In this document: positions 1 through 7,568 of the stretch, piece by piece
Numbering within the stretch: position 1 is the first letter of the stretch
Layout of the letters: the number at the start of each line of letters is the position of its first letter
Origin: Hydrogenophaga crassostreae
GTDB taxonomy: Bacteria > Pseudomonadota > Gammaproteobacteria > Burkholderiales > Burkholderiaceae_C
Direction of reading: 5' to 3'
Length of the DNA stretch: 32,000 bases
Assembly: GCF_001761385.1 (NCBI RefSeq)
Contig: NZ_CP017476.1
Coordinates: 2,408,718 to 2,440,717, forward strand
The notes under the pieces: model-generated
The model's input: only the letters and a program-made list of their open reading frames with translations
Databases searched by the model: none
Told to the model about the DNA's origin: nothing
Made by a program: the position numbers and the translations under genes

Positions 1-222
1 GATGGTGATCCAGAGGGTGCCAAGAGAGTTCAGTTTGCGACTGAGGTATTTGGACCATGCCCCTCTGAGGTCTATTCGGCCAAGCTGCAACCACGGCACT
101 CCCGTCGGTACATCCAGATTTCTCCGGCTGAGCGTGAACTGCTGCAAAAGATCAGCGATGAAATGCTGCGCATGGAGCGTGCTGCAGAGTCCCAAGAGGC
201 AGATGACACAAAGCTGGTGTGA
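1..222 (+). CDS. 3' end of a CDS that runs off the left edge; hypothetical protein
   Basis: Frame 1 is open from base 1 to TGA at 220-222 and reads as protein-like ...RRYIQISPAERELLQKISDEMLRMERAAESQEADDTKLV*. Over the same bases the frame-2 ORF listed as 2..820 gives an implausible Arg/Cys/Ser-rich peptide. The stop lies 4 nt before the ATG at 227. Confidence 0.35.
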   Translation, partial: DGDPEGAKRVQFATEVFGPCPSEVYSAKLQPRHSRRYIQISPAERELLQKISDEMLRMERAAESQEADDTKLV

Positions 223-226
223 AGCA

Positions 227-820
227 ATGGACATGAATCTGCCGCAGTCAACAACACCCGTGGGTGAAAGGGCCTTTGATGAAAGGGCTGTGTTTGAAAG
301 GGCTTCTGAGGAGGGGAGTACGAGGATTGGACCGATTGTCAATCCAGCGCGTTGGGCGGAGCAGGTCGTGAAAGAACAAGCCTGTCAAAACCCAGCTGAC
401 ACAAAAGCCTTTAAGGGTAGGGGCAAATTGCTGGAGTTGCGCCAACTGTTGACGGAGCTTGAGTGCACAGTCATAGCGATGAAGCACTTGGTTGACATAA
501 CCAAGCAGGTTCAGAACTCGCAGATGTACCTGATGCTGCATGTCAAGACGGCTACGGGTTTGACGTTCCTACGATGGCGCGAGCGCAACGGCGCATGCCG
601 ACATGTTCCATGGCCGGAAGTGCAGGATCGAATTGATGCATTCACATCGGACGTAAGGGATTGGTATGGGCAAGCCACTGACCAGGCTCTGGCGCTGAAC
701 GAGCGCCACAAAGAATTGCGCCGTGCAATTGCAACAGCCAGGAAGGTCGTCATGAGGAGTGCCCCATCGGTCTTTGCCCGCTCCATCGAGGCGCGTTTTC
801 AACCGAGCAAGGGCGGCTGA
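227..820 (+). CDS. hypothetical protein (197 aa), function unknown, probably element backbone
   Basis: Internal ATG (MDMNLPQ...) of the 2..820 ORF, directly after the stop of the frame-1 CDS. Its stop at 818-820 is 2 nt from ATG 823 of the next gene, suggesting translational coupling. No catalytic motif recognised. Confidence 0.5.
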   Translation: MDMNLPQSTTPVGERAFDERAVFERASEEGSTRIGPIVNPARWAEQVVKEQACQNPADTKAFKGRGKLLELRQLLTELECTVIAMKHLVDITKQVQNSQMYLMLHVKTATGLTFLRWRERNGACRHVPWPEVQDRIDAFTSDVRDWYGQATDQALALNERHKELRRAIATARKVVMRSAPSVFARSIEARFQPSKGG

Positions 821-822
821 TC

Positions 823-2154
823 ATGCTTCTCTATCTGGTGATCTTCATTGAAGGCCTTTGCTCTTTGGGAGCAGAGGTCATCGCTTTGCGCCGCCTGGTG
901 CCCCACATGGGCAGCTCCATCTTGGTCACAGCGCCGACCATTGGCTTCTTCTTGCTTGCACTTGCGCTGGGTTATGCCAGTGGCGCAAAGGTCGAGCACG
1001 ACTTTTCTCGGGTGGTGGGCCGCAACTTTGTCGTGGCCGCCCTGATTGCCGGTGTGGGCCTGTCTGGGGCGGCGACATCGGCCTTGTTCGAGGTGATTCG
1101 ACCAGCGATGTTGGCATACCTGGTCTACATGCTTGTGGTCCTGTGTCCCATCGCGTGGTTGCTCGGTCAAACCGTGCCGATCCTGACAAACCTTTTCCGC
1201 CATGAACGTGTGGGTCAGGCGAGTGGCACGGCCTTGTACTGGTCCACCCTGGGCTCGTTCCTTGGGGCCACCGGTCTTTCATTGCTCGTGATGCAGTGGT
1301 TTGGCGTGTCAGCTGCGGTGATGCTGGTGTCCTTGGGCTTGGCGCTAGGCTCCATGCTCCTCACCTTGAACCGCAAATCATGGCTGTTGGCCAACTTGCT
1401 GGTGATGGCCGCGGTGGTCTGGATCAACCAACCTATGGTCGGCGTACTGGCTGATACGGCCTATGCCGAATACAAGGTGGAACCCTATGGGGACCGTCCG
1501 AACGCACGTCTTTTCAAGGTGAATCAGTCAGGCGCTTCGTTGGTTGAAGAGACCCAGCCTCCGCGATTCGCGCCCTACATTCACTACGTTCGAACCATGT
1601 TGTTGGGAGATCTTGCTTTGCAAGGCAAGGACATCCTGGTATTGGGTGCGGGCGGATTCACTTTGTCGCACTTTGAGCCGCTCAACCGATACACCTATGT
1701 TGACATCGACCCGGCAATTCGCGGCATTGCTGAAGCACATTTGCTGCGAGGTCGAATCAATGGTCAGTTTGTTGCAGGCGACGCGCGCAACTTTGTAGAC
1801 ACGACTGAGCAACGGTATTCCGCGATCGTGGTTGATGTCTTCAGCTCACACAACTCCATCCCTGGCCATTTAGCGACACGAGAGTTCTGGGCGGCGCTCC
1901 GAAGGCCCATGCTACCGGGCGCTGTGCTGGTGGCCAATCTGATCCTGGATGGCCGTTTGGAGTCACCCTATGCGCGCAACCTGTTGGCCACCATCGAGAG
2001 TGTTTACGGTCGGTGTTCGGTTGAGGTGATGGCGAAAGACAAACCACTCAGCAATGTGATCGTGGCTTGCTTTCAAAGCAGCGAACCTCGGGCCGAAACC
2101 GTCTACGTGGACGAGCGCAATCAAGCTGATCTTGACCGCGCTCTGAACATGTAG
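823..2154 (+). CDS. polytopic membrane protein fused to a spermidine-synthase-like (class I SAM/dcSAM-binding) domain
   Basis: The N-terminal ~200 aa form about 6-7 hydrophobic helices (LCSLGAEVIALRRL..., TIGFFLLALALGYASG...). The C-terminal half has ILVLGAGGFTLS (GxGxG), YVDIDPAI, GDARNF and VVDVFS, the motif order of the spermidine synthase/aminopropyltransferase fold. Confidence 0.7.
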   Translation: MLLYLVIFIEGLCSLGAEVIALRRLVPHMGSSILVTAPTIGFFLLALALGYASGAKVEHDFSRVVGRNFVVAALIAGVGLSGAATSALFEVIRPAMLAYLVYMLVVLCPIAWLLGQTVPILTNLFRHERVGQASGTALYWSTLGSFLGATGLSLLVMQWFGVSAAVMLVSLGLALGSMLLTLNRKSWLLANLLVMAAVVWINQPMVGVLADTAYAEYKVEPYGDRPNARLFKVNQSGASLVEETQPPRFAPYIHYVRTMLLGDLALQGKDILVLGAGGFTLSHFEPLNRYTYVDIDPAIRGIAEAHLLRGRINGQFVAGDARNFVDTTEQRYSAIVVDVFSSHNSIPGHLATREFWAALRRPMLPGAVLVANLILDGRLESPYARNLLATIESVYGRCSVEVMAKDKPLSNVIVACFQSSEPRAETVYVDERNQADLDRALNM

Positions 2155-2267
2155 CCATGTGGACCAGATGCCAGACCATGCCGATTAACCTCATGATTTT
2201 CAAAGAGAAAAGGCCATCTTCTGGGCTGCGTATTTTCCGCAAGCCGGACTTAGAGCTATTTTTCGTT

Positions 2268-2295
2268 CATCAAGATAAGGGTAGTTATCTTGATG
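2268..2295. promoter_or_regulatory. perfect 11-bp inverted repeat overlapping the recombinase start codon
   Basis: CATCAAGATAA-gggtag-TTATCTTGATG. The right arm contains TTG 2290 and ATG 2293, and the loop/left arm carries the only purine-rich SD-like stretch (AAGGG). Confidence 0.4.
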
Positions 2296-4248
2296 ATTGA
2301 TTTCACATCAGCCCACCAACGGCCTGGTCGGCCCCTCGGCAAGGCCGTGGTGACCCGTGAGCAAGGGCTTTGCCTGCACGACATCTCGCTCATGCGCGCG
2401 GTCGCCCAGGGCGTCGATGCGAGGGCCGCAGCGGATCGCTACTTACCCGAAGTGCATGCCGATGAGAGGGTGATCCAGAGCTACTTGCGCCGGATCTCGC
2501 GTGAAGCAGCTCAGCTGGTGGCCGACATGGGTGATGTGTCCGCTTCGGAGGCTTTGCTGAAGCGATGCGATCCAAAGCCCGTGGCTCAAGTGCAGGTGGT
2601 GATGCCGTCCCTGGAACAATTCGCCGAAGAAGAGGGGATTGAGGACTTCAGCGAAGCGGAAATCATCGCGCTGTACAAGGAACGATTCGCAGAACAGGCC
2701 AAGCCTGGCGTTCGGGCGGTGGCCAGCCAACAGGAATTGAACCTGGCCCTTCGGGGGTTGGCCACCGTGCAAAGCAAGGGCATGACCTTGCCGCAGCCAC
2801 TCGATCCCGTATTGCGCTGGTTCAGTGAAGGCCTGTCAGCCCAATTGAGGGGGCAGGGCGTCTTTGTGTTGCACGACCTGATTCAGGTCATCAACACCCA
2901 TGGCAAACATTGGTACAAGACGTTTCCCGGCGTGGGCAAAGACCGGGCGCGCCGCCTGGTGGGCTGGCTGGTTGAGCATGAGGAATATCTGCAGGCTTCG
3001 GTGATTCCACGGTGCCGTTGGGACAAGCAGCCTCCGACATCGGGTGGGGTCGTGTCCGTTCAAACACCCTCTCCTGACCTTATTGGCCAGGCGCTGGCCA
3101 CGGTGGGAGGGTTCTCGTTGCGCGCGGATGGCCCAAATGCGATGGCGGCAGGATCTGACGCCGAGGCCGTGAGCAGCTGGCTGGAGGCCATGAGTTTCAA
3201 ATCGGAGAATACTCGCACGGCCTATATCCGCGACGTGCACAGGTTGATGTTGTGGGCGCGTGAGCAGGGCAAAACACTGTCAGGCCTCACCGTATCGGAT
3301 GCGGCTGCGCACGCGCGCTTTCTGGGCAATCCCCCAGCCCATTGGATGAGTGCGCTGCCGGCGCGGCGTGACACCTTGGACTGGAAACCCATGCGAGGCC
3401 CTTTGTCGGCATCGAGCGCCGCGCGGGCGCTGACCGCAATCGGCCATTTGTTCAGCTTTCTGGTGGAAACCGGCTACCTGGTGGCCAATCCGTTTTCTCA
3501 CATCCGAAAAGTAAGGCCAACCGGACCATTGATCGACACCAGACGGTCCTTGACGTCTCGGGAGGTTCAGCATCTGGTGAGCGTCATTCAAGGCTTGCCA
3601 GAGGACGCCACCAAGCGCCGCCTGGTGGCCTTGCTGATGCTATTAGAGTCCACAGGCCTGCGGATTGGCGAGGTTGCTCGCACCTGGGGCGATCTGGTGG
3701 CCGCACAGGGTGCGCAGTTGGACGAAGAGACCGATTCACAAACCCACTATCTGCGGGTGGTGGGCAAGGGCGAGCGTGAGCGTTTCATACCGCTTCGACA
3801 AGCTGTGATTGATGCGCTGGAGGCCCATCGACGGGATCGGCGGGCCTTGGTTCAGGCTGGCTTGATTCCCGATCTCCCGCAGATCGAGGAGCCCTTGATT
3901 TCCGTGCTGGAGAAACCCGTGCAGGCTGCGCTGGCCAGCGCATCTGGTGCGTTGTCGCCGGCAGGTCTTCACAGGCTGATCAAGGCCGTTTTTAAGCAGG
4001 CTGCAGATGCCAGCTCAGAGACAGACATGCGCGAGACCTTTGAACACGCCACCTGCCATTGGCTGCGTCACACGTTCGCACACACGGTACTGAAGGCTTC
4101 GGGCAAGGATCTGCCCGTGACACAGCAGCTGCTGGGTCACGGGTCGATCTCAACCACGGGCATCTACATCAAGGCGGATATGTCAGACCGTGTGCGGGCA
4201 ATCAATGCCATGCCTGATCCTTTCGCAAAGAGCCCGACCACTGGCTGA
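2293..4248 (+). CDS. large tyrosine recombinase / phage-integrase-family site-specific recombinase with a long N-terminal extension
   Basis: C-terminal catalytic motifs are ESTGLRIGEV (Arg I), HWLRHTFAHT (H-x-x-R) and LLGHGSISTTGIYIKAD (His and the nucleophile Tyr). The ~300-aa N-terminal region is not recognised. The ATG at 2293 is preferred over the in-frame TTG at 2290. Confidence 0.9.
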   Translation: MIDFTSAHQRPGRPLGKAVVTREQGLCLHDISLMRAVAQGVDARAAADRYLPEVHADERVIQSYLRRISREAAQLVADMGDVSASEALLKRCDPKPVAQVQVVMPSLEQFAEEEGIEDFSEAEIIALYKERFAEQAKPGVRAVASQQELNLALRGLATVQSKGMTLPQPLDPVLRWFSEGLSAQLRGQGVFVLHDLIQVINTHGKHWYKTFPGVGKDRARRLVGWLVEHEEYLQASVIPRCRWDKQPPTSGGVVSVQTPSPDLIGQALATVGGFSLRADGPNAMAAGSDAEAVSSWLEAMSFKSENTRTAYIRDVHRLMLWAREQGKTLSGLTVSDAAAHARFLGNPPAHWMSALPARRDTLDWKPMRGPLSASSAARALTAIGHLFSFLVETGYLVANPFSHIRKVRPTGPLIDTRRSLTSREVQHLVSVIQGLPEDATKRRLVALLMLLESTGLRIGEVARTWGDLVAAQGAQLDEETDSQTHYLRVVGKGERERFIPLRQAVIDALEAHRRDRRALVQAGLIPDLPQIEEPLISVLEKPVQAALASASGALSPAGLHRLIKAVFKQAADASSETDMRETFEHATCHWLRHTFAHTVLKASGKDLPVTQQLLGHGSISTTGIYIKADMSDRVRAINAMPDPFAKSPTTG

Positions 4249-4319
4249 AAGTGTTTTCTCAACCTGGCAGGACTGGTGCAACTGCCGGGTTGTTCTAACC
4301 GCACCAAGGAGGATGTTTT

Positions 4320-4709
4320 ATGCAAAACATGTTTATCGGCAAAGGGAATTTGGGTAGTTCGCCTGAACTCAAGCGGCTGACTGGCAAGAACGGTGATTTC
4401 GTTGTGGCCACCATGCGCGTGATGTTCGCGCGCTGGGGCCAAAATGCGGAAGGTGCAGTTGAGCAGGTCGGAGGCTTCTGGCGTGAAGTCGAGATTTACG
4501 GTGAAAAAGCAGAGGCCTGCGCCAAACACTTGCGCAAGGGCGCTCGCGTGTTGGTCATCGGCGAGGAACGCGAGTTCATGGCGAAGGATGAGGATGGCAA
4601 CGAAGTCCAGGTGATCAAGGTCTCTGCGGACGATGTGGCCCTGCAACTCTCACGCATCGAGTCGATCACTTTTGCGCCCGCGCGCAGCCGTGAGGAAGCG
4701 ACGGCCTGA
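4320..4709 (+). CDS. short single-stranded-DNA-binding (OB-fold) protein, SSB-like, without the canonical acidic tail
   Basis: MFIGKGNLGSSPELK..., FWREVEIYGEKAEACAKHLRKGARVLVIG and EVQVIKVSADDVAL follow the SSB OB-fold pattern. Strong RBS AAGGAGGA lies 8 nt upstream. The protein ends ...SREEATA rather than the D-D-D-I-P-F type tail. Confidence 0.65.
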   Translation: MQNMFIGKGNLGSSPELKRLTGKNGDFVVATMRVMFARWGQNAEGAVEQVGGFWREVEIYGEKAEACAKHLRKGARVLVIGEEREFMAKDEDGNEVQVIKVSADDVALQLSRIESITFAPARSREEATA

Positions 4710-4785
4710 GGGTCCTTGAATCTCATGTCGTGACGTCCAAAAATAGATGATTCGCCAGTACCTTTCATCACGACACGGAGGCTCA

Positions 4786-5058
4786 ATGATCCAAAGAAAC
4801 ACAACACCTTCAGGAGCGTTTCGAACACAACCTGTCAGCCAGGACCGCAAGGACGCATTGCTCAAACTGATCCAGGTGGAACCCGATCACATCGGCAATT
4901 TGACCGATGCCACAGGGTGGGGCGAAGAGCAGACCCGCATGACACTGATGCAACTCACTGTGGATGGGCTTGTCAGCCGTCACAAGCAAGGCAGTGTGAA
5001 GATTTACAAGGCGGTGGCCACCGCAAATAATACAAATCAAAAAGGGACGGCCAAATGA
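4786..5058 (+). CDS. small hypothetical protein, possibly winged-helix
   Basis: ATG 4786 is preceded by ACGGAGG. The LIQVEPDHIGNLTDATGW...TLMQLTVDGLVSRHKQGSVKIYK pattern resembles a wHTH. The call is weak. Confidence 0.4.
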   Translation: MIQRNTTPSGAFRTQPVSQDRKDALLKLIQVEPDHIGNLTDATGWGEEQTRMTLMQLTVDGLVSRHKQGSVKIYKAVATANNTNQKGTAK

Positions 5059-5113
5059 GTACCAATAAGCCAAATCAACGGCACCCAGATTCACTTTTTT
5101 TCGGGCGTTACGT

Positions 5114-7138
5114 ATGACCGTCGGTGACCAGGTCATCGCCCACGCTGCTACCTTCACCCCCATCAGCTTGCTGCCACCCGAGCTGGTGGTCAAGGCCGTC
5201 TCAGACGGTCGTCGTCTTGGCCTGCAGCTCTATTTCGTTCGGGGCATGGGCAAAGAGCTGTCTAAGGCCGGAGCTTGCTGGTTTGCACCCGGTCGCTTGT
5301 GGGTGATGGAAGCGGGGAGCGCCGATCAGGCTATGGCCTGGCTCAAGCGGTTGTACCGGGGAGAACATTTGGACGTGGAGGCTGGCGCTGCGGTCGTCGG
5401 TGCCGCGATGCGCGCACCCCAGCCCGACTATTTCACGCAGCGCCTCGATGTGCAGGTGTTTCCACTGGCGAAGGCTGATCCTGCAAGAGGTCGCTATGCG
5501 GTGAGCTTCACCTATGACATGCTGTGTGTCAAAGCCATGCGGTTCCTGGGTGGGCAATTTCATCCCAACGCCAAGGCTTGGCAGGTGCGCGGAGAGGTCC
5601 GCGAGATCCTGCATGCGCTCCAATCTGTGGCTTTGGTAGACGAAGTTCACGTCTTCGTGCATGAGCAGCCCGTGGTGCTCGAAGACCTGGTGGCCAGTGC
5701 TGCCTCCACTTCGCCCATCAAAGTGCCTGCTGCGGTGCCTGAGCCCGGCATGGGCAGTGGGGATGACGATGCCGGCGACGGTGCAGGGTTCATGTCCGCT
5801 GAGCTGGATTCCTCCGAATGCTTTGATGTGGACAGTGCATCGCTTGCCTCTGTCTGTGCGGCCGCAGGCCTGCGGGACTACCAGGAGGTTGGTGTGCGCC
5901 ACATGGTGTCGCAGTCAGGGGCCTGTTTGGGCGACGACATGGGCCTGGGCAAAAGCCGTCAGACCGTAGTGGCCACGCGCATGATCGCCAAACAGGGCAG
6001 GGTGTTGATCCTCTGTCCGGCCAGCCTTCGGATCAACTGGGAGCGCGAGATCCACGCGGTGTACCCCAACGAGGTGGTGGGCATCGTGGGCGAGGATCGC
6101 CATGCAACCCTGTACGGGTGCCAATGGGTCATTGCGAACTACGAGCGACTGGGTGGCCTGGTGCGAGATCCAGACCTGGCCTTTGAGGTGATGGCCATTG
6201 ACGAGGCCCACTACCTCAAAGAACACCAGGCAGGGCGCACGCGCAATGCGTTTGTGCTGGCCACCCGCATTCCCCGGCGCTACGTGGTCACCGGCACGCC
6301 TTTGCTCAACCGCGAGGTCGAGCTGCACACCTTGCTGCGCATGACCGGACACCAGTTGGGCAGCTTGACCCTCAAAGACTTCAGAAGGCGGTTTTCTGGC
6401 AACAAGGAAAAGCGCGCGGAGCTGGCTGCTGCGCTCCAGGGCTGGATGCTTCGCCGTCGCAAGGATGTGCTCAAAGACCTTGGCACCAAATCGCGCCAGG
6501 TGCGCTACATCTCCCCACCTGAAGGCTTGGGTGCGTACCGGGAAATCTATGCGGACATGTCGTTGTACGTCATGCCCAAGATCGTCAAGCTGCGCCAGGC
6601 GTTGGAGGCCCTCAAGACGCAGTTTTTGATAGAAACCGTCGAGAGCCTTTCAGCGGGCGACAAGATCATCATCTTCTGTGAATACATGGCCACCGTAGAG
6701 GCCATGAAAACAGCCTTCAGCGCTGCCGGGATCGGTTGTGTCAGCCTGGTGGGGGCCGATTCGGCCAAACGCCGCCAAGGGGCCATAGATGCTTTCCAAA
6801 CCGATCCAGCCGTGACTGTGTTCATCGGAACCACATCGGCTGCAGGTGTGGGCATCACTTTGACTGCTGCAAACTACGTGGCCTTTGCATCGTTGCCGTG
6901 GACGCCTGCCCTCATGCGTCAGGCCGAGGACCGCGCCTACCGCCTGGGGCAGTTGCGTGATGTGATGGTGATCGTGCCTTTGATTGAGAACACGTTGGAC
7001 GACGGTGTTTGGAAGCTCTTACAGAGCAAACAGGAAACCGAAGACGACGTTGTAGAGTCGGTTAGGGCGGCTTTACCCGACGAACTGGCGCATGCGGTGG
7101 AGTCCGCCAATGCGTCGCTACTTTTGAGGGAAATCTAA
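5114..7138 (+). CDS. SNF2/Swi2-family helicase-like ATPase with a ~260-aa N-terminal domain of unknown function
   Basis: LRDYQEVGVRHM, DDMGLGKSRQ (motif I), AIDEAHYLKE (DEAH, motif II), VTGTPLLN (motif III), and the C-terminal helicase motifs GTTSAAGVGITLT and QAEDRAYRLGQ. The start codon is uncertain because there is no clear RBS. Confidence 0.9.
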   Translation: MTVGDQVIAHAATFTPISLLPPELVVKAVSDGRRLGLQLYFVRGMGKELSKAGACWFAPGRLWVMEAGSADQAMAWLKRLYRGEHLDVEAGAAVVGAAMRAPQPDYFTQRLDVQVFPLAKADPARGRYAVSFTYDMLCVKAMRFLGGQFHPNAKAWQVRGEVREILHALQSVALVDEVHVFVHEQPVVLEDLVASAASTSPIKVPAAVPEPGMGSGDDDAGDGAGFMSAELDSSECFDVDSASLASVCAAAGLRDYQEVGVRHMVSQSGACLGDDMGLGKSRQTVVATRMIAKQGRVLILCPASLRINWEREIHAVYPNEVVGIVGEDRHATLYGCQWVIANYERLGGLVRDPDLAFEVMAIDEAHYLKEHQAGRTRNAFVLATRIPRRYVVTGTPLLNREVELHTLLRMTGHQLGSLTLKDFRRRFSGNKEKRAELAAALQGWMLRRRKDVLKDLGTKSRQVRYISPPEGLGAYREIYADMSLYVMPKIVKLRQALEALKTQFLIETVESLSAGDKIIIFCEYMATVEAMKTAFSAAGIGCVSLVGADSAKRRQGAIDAFQTDPAVTVFIGTTSAAGVGITLTAANYVAFASLPWTPALMRQAEDRAYRLGQLRDVMVIVPLIENTLDDGVWKLLQSKQETEDDVVESVRAALPDELAHAVESANASLLLREI

Positions 7139-7179
7139 GCTCGTTTCAAAAGCACTCTCAACGTGCTTCGTCGTTACAG

Positions 7180-7205
7180 TAGCGGTGCTATCAGCAGCAC
7201 CGCTA
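7180..7205 (+). terminator. perfect 10-bp stem hairpin downstream of the SNF2 gene
   Basis: TAGCGGTGCT-atcagc-AGCACCGCTA. No clear U-tract follows, so it may be a weak or bidirectional terminator or a protein-binding palindrome. Confidence 0.35.
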
Positions 7206-7568
7206 TCGGCAACATCTTTGTCTGCCCAACCAAGATTCCAATGCGAAAAACTCAATGGACTCACTTCGTTTCGCTCTCACTTGCGGCCGCTGCTGAGCTG
7301 GGCACGCCAAAGGCATCTTAAATGCTAATGCTCAAGCAGTCGAAATGAAGGTCAGGAGTGGAGAAGAACGTAGACCCGCAATGCAGCGATTGCGACCCTT
7401 GGTATTCGGCGGCCCAACTTACTGACGGCGTAAAGCAGTCTTAGCAACCGGCGAACGTGTGCCGTGTCAGGCTTGGCAGTTCGGGCACAGCCGCGTCGGG
7501 CTGAGCGCCAAGTCAAACTTGAAGCGCCATATCTGACGTGAAAGGACCAAGCTCACCGTGGAGCGAGC

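Noticed and set aside
2-226. The N-terminal 75 codons of the listed 2..820 ORF.
   Set aside because: The translation here is Arg/Cys/Ser-rich and unprotein-like, while frame 1 gives a plausible C-terminus ending at 222. I therefore split the region into a partial upstream CDS and a 227..820 CDS.
4320-4709. Naming the OB-fold gene ssb.
   Set aside because: It is shorter than canonical SSB and lacks the acidic C-terminal protein-interaction tail. It is better described as an element-encoded SSB-like protein without assigning the symbol.
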